From Octopus sinensis (taxonomy: Eukaryota), in assembly GCF_006345805.1 (NCBI RefSeq), contig NC_043007.1, positions 52,080,001 through 52,144,000 on the forward strand: a DNA stretch of 64,000 bases. Reading direction: 5' to 3'. Below, piece after piece: positions 48,730-62,786 of the stretch; within the stretch, counting starts at the first letter, position 1; each line of letters opens with the position of its first letter. The notes beneath the pieces were generated by a model that saw only the letters and a list, made by a program, of their open reading frames with translations, was not told the DNA's origin and ran no database searches. A program made the position numbers and the translations under genes.

Positions 48730-51700
48730 TCGGAAGAGAGAACAGATGAAGCATGCCTAAAAAATGAACACCACAACAACCTTCTTTTAAGGTGCTGAAT
48801 AATACCCCCCCCCCAACCTCACATTGCCATCCCAGTTTTCAGAGTTGGCACACTGAAAAGTAGGTCTAGTGAGATTGTAGAGATGCTTGAAAGGAAAGAG
48901 GTAAGATGGAGAGAAGCTTCAGCTAGGGTCCTCACAAGCAAGGCACATAGGTATAAAGTTTTCTGGCAATGTAACATGGATGGTGTAGGGGTGTAGGCAT
49001 ACTCCTCGCAGAGAAATGGGTGGATAAGGTCATAGAGGTTGTTAGGGTGTGATCGAGTGCTAAAGCTCAGGCTAGTCCTGCAGAACAGCACAGCTACAAT
49101 CATCTCCGCCTACACCCCACATGCAGGGCTACCAAAGGATCAGAAGTTGAGTGGCAATGACCTCATCTTTGTGGCTGGAGATTTTAATAGGCATGTTGGG
49201 TGGGAATCTGGTATCTTCACTGGGGTACACTGTGGCCATGGTATTGGCACCTGAAACCCTGAGGCAACCAGACTACTGGAGTTCTGTGATGCATGTAACC
49301 TTTTAATCTGCAACACTAACTTTAGGAAGCCAGCCAGCCACCTTATAACCTATCAATCAGGGGACTCTGCTAACCAGATTGATTTCATCCTCACCAGACA
49401 GCAGGATGCAGGATTTCTCTTAAATACAAAGACCCTTCCAAGTGAAGAATGTACCCCCACCCCCAAGCATAGGCTAATCATTAGTGACTTTAGGCTCGAG
49501 GCCAGAAGGATACCAAGAAGCAGACCAATCCAAAAAAGAAGGATTTGGAAGCTAAAGAATCCTTCACATTGTCAGAGATTTAGGGACATCCTCATCAAGA
49601 AATTTGAAGAGAGGGAGGAAGAGCTACAGACATCGGACATAGAAGGTAGCTGGAAATTCCTATGGGACAGCTTGCTGAGTGCCACAGACCAAGTCTGCAG
49701 ATGGTGCAAAGTCCCTTACAGACCTAGAGTTACGTGGTGGTGGACTAGTATGGTAGACAAAGCCATTAGAGCAAAGAAACAGGCCTGGATAGCCTGGAAG
49801 AGTGGGGGTAGCAGGGAACTGTACCAGATAGCCATAAGGGAGGCTGGGTAGCAGGTATACATAGCCAAGATCAAAGTGGAAAAGAAGTTTGCCAATGTCC
49901 AGCGACGTGAGGACCAAAGAACTGAGGTATTTCAGATTACAAAACAGTGTGTGAGAAAATTGTGATGTCACAGGAGAGAAATGTGTCTGCATGGATGATG
50001 GTGCACTTGCTTTTAATGATTCTGAAAAGGAAGAGGCTTGGAGAAGTCATTATGAAAGACTGCTGAATGTGTAGAATGAATGGGAGGAGGAGAGCCTGCC
50101 AAATGTTGACTCAGTAGAGGGACCAGCTATCCGAATAGACAGCTCCCTAGTAGATAAAGCAATTAAGGGTATGAAGCCAGGAAAAGTCCCCGGCCCATCG
50201 GGAATCACTGCTGAGATGCTTAAAACATCTGGTGGTGTGGGCTATGGCCTAGTCACCCCCATTGTAAACCAGGTAGTTCATGATGGAAGCAGCACCATAG
50301 TCAACTGCTACAAGGGTAAAGGAGATGCTCTAGATAGATGCCCTGCTCGATCTGTAGAAAAGGTGTAGATAGAAACTCCATAAGATGTACCCAGTGTAAG
50401 CTATTGGCACATAAGAGGTGCAGCAACATCAAAGGAAAATTAACCGAGAAGATAGCTTTCGTGTGTGGCAGATGCACAGGGGCAATAGACACCACAGATA
50501 CTCAGAAAACAGATTCCATCACACTCCAGGTGGAGAAACTAGTTGATAGCTTCTGCTACCTAGGCAACCAAGTTAATAGTGGGGGTGGATGCTCAGAGAG
50601 TGTTACCACTAGAATAAGAATAATCTGGGGAAAGTTTAGAAAACTACAGGGGTATCAAACTACTGGATCAGGTGATGAAGGTTACGGAGAGGGCCTGCTT
50701 AGATGAGATGCAGTTCGGTTTTGTGCTGGGTAGAAGCACCACTGATGCCATATTCCTAGTTCGACAATTGCGGGAGAAATACCTAGCTAAAGATAAACCC
50801 CTCTACATAGCTTTTGTGGACTTGGAGAAAGCCTTTGACAGGGTCCCCCGATCTCTTATCTGGTGGTTGATGCAGAAACTGGAGATTGACAAATGGTTAA
50901 TAAGGGTTGTACAGGCCCTTTACAGAGAGGCTGTTAGTAAGGTTAGGATTGGCAGTGAGTATAGTGAAGAATTCCAGGTAGAAGTAGGAGTCCACCAAGG
51001 TTCAGCCCTCTGTCCCCTTTTATTCATCATAGTCCTCCAGGCAATAACAGAGGAATTCAAGACAGGTTGCCCTTGGGAGCTCCTCTATGCTGATGACCTG
51101 GCCCTCATAGAGGAATCACTACCGGAACTAGAAAAGAAATTTCGGGTGTGGAAGCTAGGTTTAAAATCAAAAGACCTTAGAGCCAATGTAGCAAAGACCA
51201 AAGTTATAGTAAGTAAGAAAGCAAACTCATCCCACACCCACTCAGGTAGGTAGCCCTGCTTGATCTGTAGAAAAGGTGTAGATAGAAACTCCATAAGATG
51301 TACCCAGTGTAAGCTATGGACACATAAGAGGTGCAGCAACATCAAAGGAAAATTAACCGAGAAGATAGCTTTCGTGTGCGGCAGATGCACAGGGGCAATA
51401 GACACCACAGATACTCAGAAAACAGATTCCATCACACTCCAGGGAAGGAAACTAGAAGTAGTTGATAGCTTCTGCTACCTAGGCGACCAAGTTAGTAGTG
51501 GGGGTGGATGCTCAGACAGTGTTACCACTAGAATAAGAATAGTCTGGGGAAAGTTTAGAAAGCTTCTTCCCCTACTGGCGACAAAGGGTCTCTCACTCAG
51601 AGTGAAAGGTAGATTGTATGACGTATGTGTGCGAACTGCCATGCTTCACAGCAGTGAAACATGGGCCTTATCTCTGGAAGACATGCGTAGGCTCAAAAGA

Positions 51701-51935
51701 AATGAAGCTAGCATGATCCGTTGGATGTGTAATGTCAGTGTGCACGCATGACAGAGTGTAAGCGCCCTGAGAGAAATGTTGGACATTAGAAGCATCAAAT
51801 GTGGCATGCAGGAGAGACGTTTGTGTTGGTATGGTCATGTACTACAGATGGACGAGGAGAAAAAAAAGCACCAACCGATCGTGGACATCGCCAGCCTCCT
51901 CAGGGCCCTGTGCCGGTGGCATGTAAAAAGCACGC
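48730..51935 (+). mobile_element. Degenerate RTE LINE (APE, RT with embedded PHD finger, partial 3' UTR)
   Basis: APE SAYTPH, GDFNRHVG and QIDFIL; RT EMQFGF, DLEKAFDRVP, HQGS and YADD; PHD at about 51250-51400; internal duplication at 50338-50640. Confidence 0.9.
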
Positions 51936-51944
51936 ACTACAACA

Positions 51945-53905
51945 TAAACTGGTAATTAGTGACTTCAGGATCTTAGTGAAAGCCCAGAAGACGACCAGCT
52001 TGGTGAAGGGTCTGGAAGCTTAAAAATCCTGCAAATGGACAGAGATTTAGAGGCATATTACTCAAAGCCTTTAACAAAATAGAAGGGAATATAGCTTCAC
52101 ACGATGTAGAAGACAACTGGAGATTTTTACGGGACAACCTGCTGAGGGCCACTGACCAGATCTGTGGATGGTGCAAAGTCCCCTCTCGACCCAAAATAAC
52201 GTGGTGGTGGAACAATGTTGTTGACAGGGCTATAGAGAAAAGAAACAGGCTTGGAAGGACTGGAAGAAGGGAATTGTATCAGACTGCCAGAAGGGAAGCT
52301 AGGAGACAGGTTTATTTAGCCAGAGGGGGAGCAGATATGAAAAACTTTGCCAATGTTCTATTCCACGAGGACCAAAGACTTGAGGTATTTCGTGTTGCAA
52401 TATAGTGTGTGAGAGAGAATCGTGATATTGTAGGAGAGAAATGTGTCCGCATGGATGATGGTTCGCTTGCACTAAATGAGGCTACAAAGAGAGAGGTTTG
52501 GAGACACCACTATGAAAGGTTGCTCAATAAAGAAAATGAATAGCAGAAAGAGAGTCTGCTGAATGTCGACCCAACAGAGGGACCAGCTATCCAAGTTGAC
52601 AGTACCTTGGTAGATATATCAATTAAGAGTATGAAGACAGGGAAAGCCCCCAACCCATCAGGAATCACTGCAGAGATGCTCAAAATATCTGGCAGTGGTC
52701 AGCTATAGCCTAGTCACCCGCATAGTTAACCAGGTGATACACGAAGGAGTCATACTCAATGACTGGTATAGCAGCACTATAATCAACTGCTACAAAGGTA
52801 AAGGTGACGATTTAGATACAAATAATTACAGAGGTATCAAGCTGTTGGATCAGGTAATGAAGGTCACGGAGAGGGTCATAGCCCAACTGATTAGGGAGAG
52901 AGTCAGCTCGGATGAGATGCAGTTTGGTTTCGTGCCAGGGAAAAGCACTACTTATGCTATATTTCTGGTAAGACAGCTGCAGGAGAAATACCTAACCAAA
53001 GATAAACCTCTGTACCTGGTTGTCGTTGACATGGAGAAAGCCTTTGACAGGGTCCCCTATTCCCTTATCTGGTGGTCAATGAGGAAACTAGGGATAGATG
53101 AATGGTTTGTGAAAGCTGTGCAAGCCATGTACAGGGACGCTGTCAGTAAGGTGAGGGCTGGCAGCAAGTACAGTGATTAATTCCAGGTAGAGGTAGGGGT
53201 CCACCAAGGTTCAGTCCTCAGCCCCCTCCTATTTATCATAATCCTCAAGGCAATAACAGAGAAATTCAAGACAGGATGCCCCTGGGAGCTCCTCTATGAC
53301 CTTGCTCCAATTGCTGAGTTACTATCAGAACTAGAGAAGTTTCAAGTGTGGAAACAAGGATTAGAATCGAAAGGCCTTAGATTCAACCTACCTAAAACCA
53401 AAGTCCTAATAAGTAGGAAGGCACGCAAACAACAAATCCCTTCAGGTAGATGGCCCTGCTCGATCGGCAGAAAAGGTGTAGGTAGAAACTCTATAAGATG
53501 TACCCAGTGTAAGCTATGGACACACAAGAGGTACAGCAATATCAAAGGAAGGCTAACTGGGAAGATAGTTTTTGTATGTGGCAGATGCTTTGGAGCAATA
53601 AACATTGAAAATGTGGAGAGAACAACTTCCACCACATTCCAGGGAGAATAACTAGAAGTAGTTGATAGCTTCCGTTACCTAGGTGACCAAATCAGTAGCA
53701 GGGGAGGGTGCTCTGAAAGTATAGCTGCTAGAATAAGAATAGCCTGGGCAAAGTTCAGAGAGCTCTTACCTCTGCTGGTGACAAAGGTCGACTGTATGAC
53801 GCATGTGTACAAACAGCTATGCTACATGGCAGTGAAACATGGGCCATGACGGCTGAGGAATGAAGCCAGTATGCTCCACTGGATGTGCAATGTCAGTTTG
53901 CATAC
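51945..53905 (+). mobile_element. Second, truncated RTE copy in tandem
   Basis: Homologous to about 49470-51750; stops and frameshifts. Confidence 0.88.
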
Positions 53906-53989
53906 TGAAACGCCTACTCCTTGCAAATCTCTGTGGCTGTTTGGCAGGATGTTGTGCAGTTGTGGTCCCCTGAATCCCCTGCTTTCAGT

Positions 53990-55260
53990 ACTGGGTCCTT
54001 ATTCAAGATGGAGAAGATGGGAGCTTTGTTATGTAGGGCTGTTCAGTTCGATGGTTGATATAGCTTTCAGTTTGAAAGTTAGGAGCTAGACCTTCCATAT
54101 GTATATTACTGCATACCTTTCTCACCCACTCTTCAAGGAGTACAGCCTCTCCCAGTAGCTCATCTGTTTCACCAAGTCCATCTTTGTATAATGGTACTAG
54201 ATTGCCTCAAGTTCCGCCACCATTTTGATGCTCTGTGGTGATCACAGTTGGGAGCAGTAGTCTAGATGACTGAGAATGAAAGTTCTTTATAGGAATAGCA
54301 TGATAGCCTTTTTTTTTTCTGGTTCTCTTTTTCTTCTCTCTTCAGTGACCCTATCTTTTAGTGCACTAATTTGTATGTTTTCTTTTGCCCTGGTTTCTCT
54401 TTCTACACTTTCCTTTTCATGAGAGAGTCTGAAATTATTTGCAATCTCTAAAAGTGCTTCTTTGAGGAGGGATTTTTTGCTGTCATTAAGTTGTCTTTTT
54501 AAGTGATTGGAGGTCTTTATCCTCTATCTTATTAGGATTTGTCTTGGTGAATAGTATTGTCTGTAGTCATTCTCTGGAACAAATTTAATGCATATGGCTT
54601 GCATTATTGACATGAATTCTTTAAGATTCATATCAATGTCTTGCATAGAGGCACTTTTAAGCCAATTTTGCTGGTGTATCTTTTTTCAATTGACTTCCAC
54701 TCAGCCTTGTAGAAGTTCAGACTGGATAGGTCTTGTGTGCTATACATCCTCAGTTCTATCATGTTGTGGTCTGAGAAGATTGTTGGTGATATCTTCACAT
54801 TGTGGATAAGATTCATACTGATGGTGAAACAAAAGTCTAATATCTTATCGTCCAAGGTTGGGGAAAGTATGGTTTGCTCTATGAACAGCATTTTAGTGAG
54901 ATCAAGTAGAGATTCTGCTTGATTGCGCACTTTGTATTCCATTTCTAAGATTATGTTGCCTTTAAGCCATCTGATGTGAGAAGTTGAAGTCACCCATCAG
55001 AAGTATATTAACGCTTTAATCTTGTTTTGTTATTACTTCTTTTATCATTGTAAAGCTTTCCTCAAATTCGCTATCTTGATTTGAGGCACCAGGTGAGCAA
55101 TATAATGTACATATTACCACATCAAGTTGCTTTAAATGCACAATTAGTGTGTGACAGATCTTGTTTGAATGTAATAACAGGATTATTGATGTGACATTTT
55201 CGCAGATGTTTATTGCAATTCCACGGTGACTTCTTTCTCTTCTGTCTCCAAGAAGTGACA
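53990..55260 (-). mobile_element. Degenerate CR1/L2-like LINE remnant (APE and C-terminus)
   Basis: ILDFCF...FSDHNMI APE end; MSYWERLY...ERYAVIYIWK C-terminal motif. Confidence 0.6.
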
Positions 55261-55597
55261 AAAGGAAGCTACAGCTTTAAATAAAATGTGTTGCAGCCAT
55301 ATATTAGTGTGATGTAGTTACAACTAATTTATACATTATTCCTCTTCTAATGTATTGAGTACCTTTTCACTTTATAAAGTTAATTTGTAGGTAACAGCCA
55401 TTGCAACATGTGTATAGATATCTATTGTTGCACAGATTTTACCCTTGTAGTTATGACCATACTGGGATGTTATTGATATTGCATTCTTTTGTTATAAATG
55501 TGTTTACCTCTGTGCCTATTCAACAAAAATTAGTATTTGCTATCTTTTTCTTCTCATTTTAAAACTTTCAGTGAAATCAGTTTTTTAATAATTGCAG

Positions 55598-55746
55598 AAT
55601 GTGCAGCAACAACAGCAGAGGAAGACAAAGAACCAGTAGTAGTAGTGAATGTTGAAAGTAATCAAGTTGCAGCTAATGCAGAATTTTCACTTATCAGGGA
55701 CACCAAGAAGGGTTCTGTCACCACCCAGCAATCATATAAAGGATAG
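55598..55746 (+). CDS. Candidate terminal coding exon of the MacroD gene
   Basis: ttttttaataattgcag acceptor; phase 1 matches the 26163 donor; open for 48 codons (CAATTAEEDKEP...QQSYKG*), then an AT-rich UTR-like stretch. No homology recognised. Confidence 0.4.
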
Positions 55747-57169
55747 GGTGTGTGTCAAGAATAGTGGAATTTAAGAAACACAATAACAACACTAATTAAT
55801 TTGAAATATGGTAAAGCAGTCTTTGAGAAAATATTTGGGGTTGTTCACCCATCATAGTGGTGGTGGTGGTGGTGTTTTGGTGTGGCAGCATATATAAAAT
55901 GAGTTACAATTTTGTTTGTTTGTTTATTGTTTTCTTAATGCATTTGTTTGCCTTTCAAATTTCGAGATGAATTAACTAACTGTATTACATTTACCCGAAC
56001 CTCCTTGGGTGGAATAACCATTGGTTTTAATTTTATGTCTCTGCTGCTGATTCCTAGGTTACACTAGTTCATGAAATCAATAATAATGTCTTAACATAGG
56101 TGTGCTTAATCAGAGCAGACTTCTGCCACCAATGTGTGTTGTTGACTGAAACAAGGTGAATCAGTATCAAGAGCTAAGTATATTGACACAGACAATAGTC
56201 TTCTATGTTTAAACAATTATCATATGTAGTAATATTTGTAAGGGGTCCACTATACTCAAGTGGATGTGATATATTGAACCCAGAGAGAGTTTGAAGTGGC
56301 TTCAAAATGGTTTTAAGTTGGGGCTTTACCTACCATGACTAACAAATGTTCACAACAAGACACTGTGTTTACAAGTAATAATGTCACATGCTTGTGTGAT
56401 AGGTTGTAATTAAATTTGATCACTTTTTGTCAAATATATAATTAATCTTGGTGGGATTTTATTTTGGGATTTTCAGTTTATTTGAAATGAAATTTAAATA
56501 AAAATTAAAGATTAAAAGAAAAATATAAAATTTCATATTTGAGTTTTTTACTTTGAAAATGTAAATTTTAAAATGTTTTCTTGTCTTTATAAATTTCTGT
56601 CTAACTTGTTCATGCAAAAAAAATAAAATAAGACACTAATATGATCACATTGGTATTTATAAAGTTATGAGATGAGTAAAGTAACTTTTAAAGCAATTGG
56701 GACATTGAAATACAAATATTAAAAACTAACTTTTAATGGGTATGTTAACCACAATGCCACTGGCTTTCACAGGGTCCCAGCCCCTTATCAAAACCAATAA
56801 GTGCTGTTAAGTTTTGATTTCAGAAAAGGTTTTGATTTCACAAATGTAGTTTGCTATTTATACTGGGTTCAAATTTATCAACAGACCATTTATAGTTGTC
56901 TTTAAGAAACTATTCCTCTATGAAAACTTCGTGAACAAATCCTAAAATGAGTAGCATCACCATGATTTCAAATTTCCATGCCATGTGTTGCTAAGTAAGC
57001 CTCATCAGCCATCAAGTTGTTAGGGACAATACTAAATACTTTTAGACAGTTTCAATAGTTTAAATCTGAGAAAAATTTAACTGGTTTGAACTTGCTCACC
57101 AAGTTACATAAACAATAATAATGTACAAATGATGTTTTTTAAATTTCTATTTCTGTTATTTTACATATA

Positions 57170-57545
57170 GTACAAAACACTTGCCCAAGGTATCTTGGAT
57201 TCAGTTGAATTGTACATCACCTTGGGCAAATGTCTTCTACTATATAGCACATGCCAGAGACTAAAAGAAGCTTATATATATATATATATAAATAAAAATA
57301 AGTATTCATGTGTGTAAACCCTTATCCTGACATGACATGTTGGTTGTGAATAAGCATCACTCATACAAGTGATGTTGTCAATTTTCAGTCTTTCATAGAA
57401 AAATATGCCTGGCTTTGGGAAATATTACTTTGCTTGTAAAAGGTGAGTTTTGGCAACAGGAAGGGCATCTGGCTATAGGAAATCTGTCTCAACAGATACT
57501 GGTTTATCCAAGCAAGCATGGAACTGAACATGAAATAATGATTTT
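57170..57545 (+). mobile_element. Degenerate SINE with RTE-like tail
   Basis: TTGGGCAAATGTC core; tail GGAAGGGCATCTGGCTATAG...AAGCATGGAA. Confidence 0.5.
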
Positions 57546-57699
57546 ATTACTAATGGTGATGCTATCAAGCTGCCAGTGCTGGTTATTTACTGTAAATGTC
57601 TTCAAGGAAGCTCTAAAGATGATGATCATGGCTAGAATGCCTTTATTTAAAATATGTTGGTTGGATTGTAGCTGATATTACACCTATTTTATTAATACT

Positions 57700-58220
57700 A
57701 AGGTAGTAAAGGCAATGAGTTTGCAGAACCATTAACAAGTTGGGTAAAACGCTTAGTGGCATTTCGGCCATTTTTACATTCTGTGTTCAAATTCTGCTGA
57801 GGTCAACTTTGCCTTTCCTCTTTTTGGAGTCAATAAAATAAGTACCAGTTGAGCACTGGGGTTGATATAATTGACTTATCCCATCCCTTGAACTTGCTGT
57901 CCTTGAGCCAAAATTTGAAACCATTACTAAGGTAGTGGTTTGGTAGCATTGTTACTGCATTGGACAAAATGCTTTGTGTCAGTTCTGTTTATTCTTTATG
58001 TTCTGAAGTGAAGTACTGGCGGTGGACTTCATGGTATTAATACCATGCCAGAATCAGAGTGTTAGACAAAATGCATTGCAATATTTGTTCCAGTTCTTCA
58101 TGGTCTCAGTTCAAATCTTGCTGAAGTCAATTTTTGCCTGTCATCTCTTTGGGGCTAATAAAATACTAGCCACATACTGAGGTCAAGTTATTCAGCTTAC
58201 TTGTCCCTTGAATTTCTGGC
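57700..58220 (+). mobile_element. Three head-to-tail degenerate second-family SINEs
   Basis: Repeated TTCAAAT.CTGCTGA.GTCAA motif. Confidence 0.6.
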
Positions 58221-59321
58221 CATGTACTTATATTAAATGAAACATACTGGACTAACAGAATCATTGGTCTTTGTATCTCCTTCCCTATAGATTGAAGCAG
58301 ATGGTAGACCATCTGCCATCAAGCTTGTGAAACCAGTGAGACAAGGCATTGTCAGTGGCTCGATGAGTGCTTAACAAGACTTGCTGCTGCTGCTACATCA
58401 CCTCTAACGTCCAGCTCTTTGCTTCCCTGTTCAACCTGTGAAAGACTCTGCTGCTCAGCTTTTGGTTTCTGCTCACATCACTGTGTTCACCAAATGTGTT
58501 TGGCACCAACTTGATGGAATGTCATCTTCCTTGGAGCCAAGGGACCTCCAAGAATGTACTGTAGAAGAAATAATAATTGGGTGAATGGTGAGAAGTTGTC
58601 CATGTTGGGTCACAACTGTATGATACAAGCTGCCAGGCCATACTTTTGAGAGATAACTAAGCTTTCACTCCTCACCAGCCAACACTTCACTCAATATCAT
58701 CAGGAATATTTTCTTGGCAGTGGACTTTCCATTTTTTTGATGTCTATCACCATCAAACTATAAAATTAACCCAGACTGGCAATTAAAATGTGACATTCAC
58801 AACAACACTAGTTCAATGGAACTACCATTATGTCATTTTGCGTGAACTGATGAGGCAATCCTTCCATAGTTGTGTGACCTGTAAAAATGTAAAAGCAATA
58901 TGTCATCTTAAGGAAATGGAGCATCAGATAATGCTGGCCATTATCTTAAAGAGAGGATGGTCATGGTAGGATTGATGATAGATATGTTTATTGGAATTAA
59001 AGTGACACACTGAAAGAAAAAAACCCCAAAAAACAACAAAAGCATCAGTCAAGTTTGGTTTAATTTCCTTTATTAGCAATATTCATTCTTTTACTCCAGC
59101 TTTAGCCATTGAATTCTTATGTGTGGAATTTCTAACGTTCAAAATGGAAAATTTTATCAATTTTTTTGTTTTAAATTATAAGTTTCTCTACACAAATCGA
59201 CGACAACAGGCAATGCAATAACGAGGGTCTTCTTATCACCTCTGGCACTTAATTCCCACCCTTTTAAGATATTGTAATATTCATGATGTCCTTAATATAA
59301 TACGCAACTGAAATATATCAG

Positions 59322-59359
<38 letters not shown>

Positions 59360-60769
59360 CACAACTACAACCCACTCCCAACAAAATTTACTAACAGTTT
59401 TCAAACCCCATATTTTACCATAATGGAAATAATATTTCACAAGCCACAATTTTAAAATTGGAAAAAAAATTGTGATCCAAAGTGCAATTATTTATAACAG
59501 AAACAAATTGGGGGAGGGGTCAAAAAGGATAATTCTATAGTTGCAAATAAGGAATTTTCTGCTGATACCACTACATGAAATAATTTCAACAGTGGTGGCC
59601 ATTTGCAAAAATGTATTGAAGATATACACATGACTGATGTTGTAGTAAAGGTTGAAAAAAGCCACAACAGGTGAGCAAACAAAGCTCATCTATTGACAAA
59701 ATCAAAATAATATAATGTTGGCAATCATTATATAACAACCTGTTAGAAATAGATAAGCTGAAGACAACAGAATATTTGAACAATATAGTTAATACACTTT
59801 ACAATTGTCTTTGCAAGTCTAGTGACAGACATTGCAGCTTAAAAACAACAACAATACCACAGTACACTTAGCTGAAGCAGAATGGAATAATAAACAAAAC
59901 AAGCCAATATCATTTGGTATTATTGATATTCGTTTTTAACTGATGGCTATATTATATATATATACATTGGTGTAAAGAGTATGGCTAGATGCTGCTTTAA
60001 ACTCACACTCTGTAATGTTTCAAAGTTGCCCAAACAATCACTAAGCATGTATATTTGAATAGTGACCAGAATCTCAGTTGAAATATGTATGAATAAACTC
60101 CATGCCATGTATTGGGTACTACCTTCTTCTTTTGTTTATAAACTGCAACATTTGTGTGTGGCTAGGTTTATAGTCTCCTACACACACTGACTGACTGACC
60201 GACCAAGTGATAAAGAAATAAATGTGGTCACCATTACATAAATACATAAGTGTTATAGCTTAGAGTAGTTATAATAAAAATAAGATCTATTATATAATTT
60301 TTGATTTTCAAGGAAGAAATAAGACTCAACAATAACAAAACAATCAGTCAAATTCATGAAAGCTGTAGGGAGAGGGGACATTTTTTTGTTTTGTTTCTTG
60401 TCATAGGAAATTTAAATTTTGCAAATTATACAAATATAATCATAGTTTAAATAGTTTTTTTTTTATTTATAGAATTTTATGTTTTTCACAAAAGGTAAAC
60501 AGAAGTGTTGATTACAAAGGTTATTTTTAATCAAAAACATGCTAACGAATTTGTATGTGAGTGTTCACACATTTATATATATGCATGTGTTCATACATAT
60601 GTAAATGTTCAGTCAACCTAATATTAATAATATAGACTTATCACTATTATGGTGGTGGTGATGTTGGCAGCGGTGGTGGCAGTAGTAACAACTGTAATGA
60701 GCAGTCACTAGTAAAATTAGTATACCAAAGCAAGACCTGTGGCAAAAGTATATACATATATAAATAAAT

Positions 60770-60806
<37 letters not shown>

Positions 60807-62469
60807 CCATACTGTAAAAAACAGCAACATGACAAGTGTAGTATCATAAACTACACACAGGTAGATATTTTTTTTTGTTTTGGATTATATTCTTTGCATG
60901 ATATTCATACAATGATTAAATTTGAGAGAGAAGAAGTTGGATATAATTAATGAGTTTTTTTTTAATATCTTGAGGATGTGTGCAATGTAACAGTATTTCT
61001 AATTATATACTAGGTTTAATTACAAACTTAGTGTTACCTAGAAAACTTTAAATGTTTATGGAAAAGAAAATGAAGAAATACTTGCAATAAATTGAGAGAG
61101 AGATGGGGGTAAAAAGGAAGAAGAAGAATTAACCAAACATTTTTTATTGTAGTTGCAAGAACACCATCATTGCAAAGAATTAGGATCAATTATTATTTAG
61201 TTCCAGTGACTTAATAACAGTACACTTGGATATAACAAATTATATGTATTAATAAAAAAAGGGGGAGGGGGCAGGTTAGTTGAAGGGCCACAAAATTGAG
61301 AGCAGGATGTGAAGCCAAAGTGGAAAATAAATTAATACTATACAAATAAATAACAGTGTGTGAATACTTATATATGTGTGTGTGTGTGTGTGTGTATAAG
61401 ATAAACTCTTTATTTTAAAAAAGGAACGAAACACTTTAATCCACATTCTGTGCAGGGTGATATGAATATGAATAAAGGATTATAACTGTAACTTGTGATT
61501 TGTAAGAAACAGTAACAGAAAGAAAGATGGTGAAGGCATTAATGTCAAGTATTTATTCCAATTCTCTTTAATTGCTAGGATGTCTAACAAAAAAGTCTCT
61601 GCCTAGATATACAACATTTGGTGTTTGGGTTTTCAAAGTATTGTTATTCATAACCTAATTAATAATAATAATAATAATAATAGATAGGTGAGCCAGGTGA
61701 TGAAACAATTTATTTTGCAGACAAGATTTATGTCTAGGGACACCACCAATACTGATAATTCTTGGGAAAGAAAAAGTGAAAGAGTGAGAGAAAGAAAACT
61801 GGATTAAAATATTTTGAACAGAATCAACAACACAGTCTTGAGAAGAATTGTGTGTGTGTGTATATATATAATATGTTTGTGTATGAGTGTAAAACAAGTA
61901 GTTTTTTTTTCTCTCTTTGAAATGAGAAAAATGACATAAAAAAAATTAAAAAGAAAATTTAACAAGGATTATTTATTTTGATTGTTTTGTATTTCAATAA
62001 TTCTTTGCTGCTGTTGTTGTTGTTTAAAAGAAAATTGTTGATGTTTTCTTGGCCAAACACTCACATATTAGCATGGAACAGAGTTGCTGAGATCTTCAAC
62101 AGATTAACAGAAGCTTTAAGAAAAACAGTTGCTTTACTGGGCTTTAGCCTTCTTTTTCAGGAATGGCAACTTGGATTGGACCCTGTGCAAGATAAATGGT
62201 AAACAAAAACATTGTATTTACAGATAACAAAATTGTATAGATGTGATGACAGTCAAAACTGAAAACCCTCTTAGCTATAACAATATACATTAATATTATC
62301 ACACACACACATTAACTGTTTTTTCTTACAGAAATGCAAGAAATGAAAAGTGAGAATTTTCAAGCTCTCTTTTGGTTATTATGTGTTATAAAAACAACTG
62401 TTCCTTGACTACTTCCATGTAAATATATTTTATTCACACTGGGCATTTTTGTGTGGCTAAGAAATTCAT

Positions 62470-62685
62470 TTTCAACCATGTAATTTCAAGTTCAGTCCTA
62501 CTGCGAGGTATTGTGGGAAAATGCCTCCTACAGTGAATACAACATGGGCTTCTTTCAGTTTCTGTCTACTATATCCCTCACAAAACTTTGGTTGATCTAA
62601 GGTTATAGAACGTACATGCCCAAGGTGCCACACAGTGGGGCTAAACCCAGAACAATGTGGTTGGGCAGCAAGCTTCTTACCATAC
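62470..62685 (-). mobile_element. tRNA-headed SINE fragment(s)
   Basis: CCCAAGGTGCCACACAGTGGG family motif. Confidence 0.65.
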
Positions 62686-62786
62686 AAAAAAATTTTGCAT
62701 GTTCATAGAAGGCTGTTGTATAGCTCCAGGTCAGCCGTGATTCAGCAAGCCTATAATCAACATGTTCCAGTTATAATCAACCTGTA

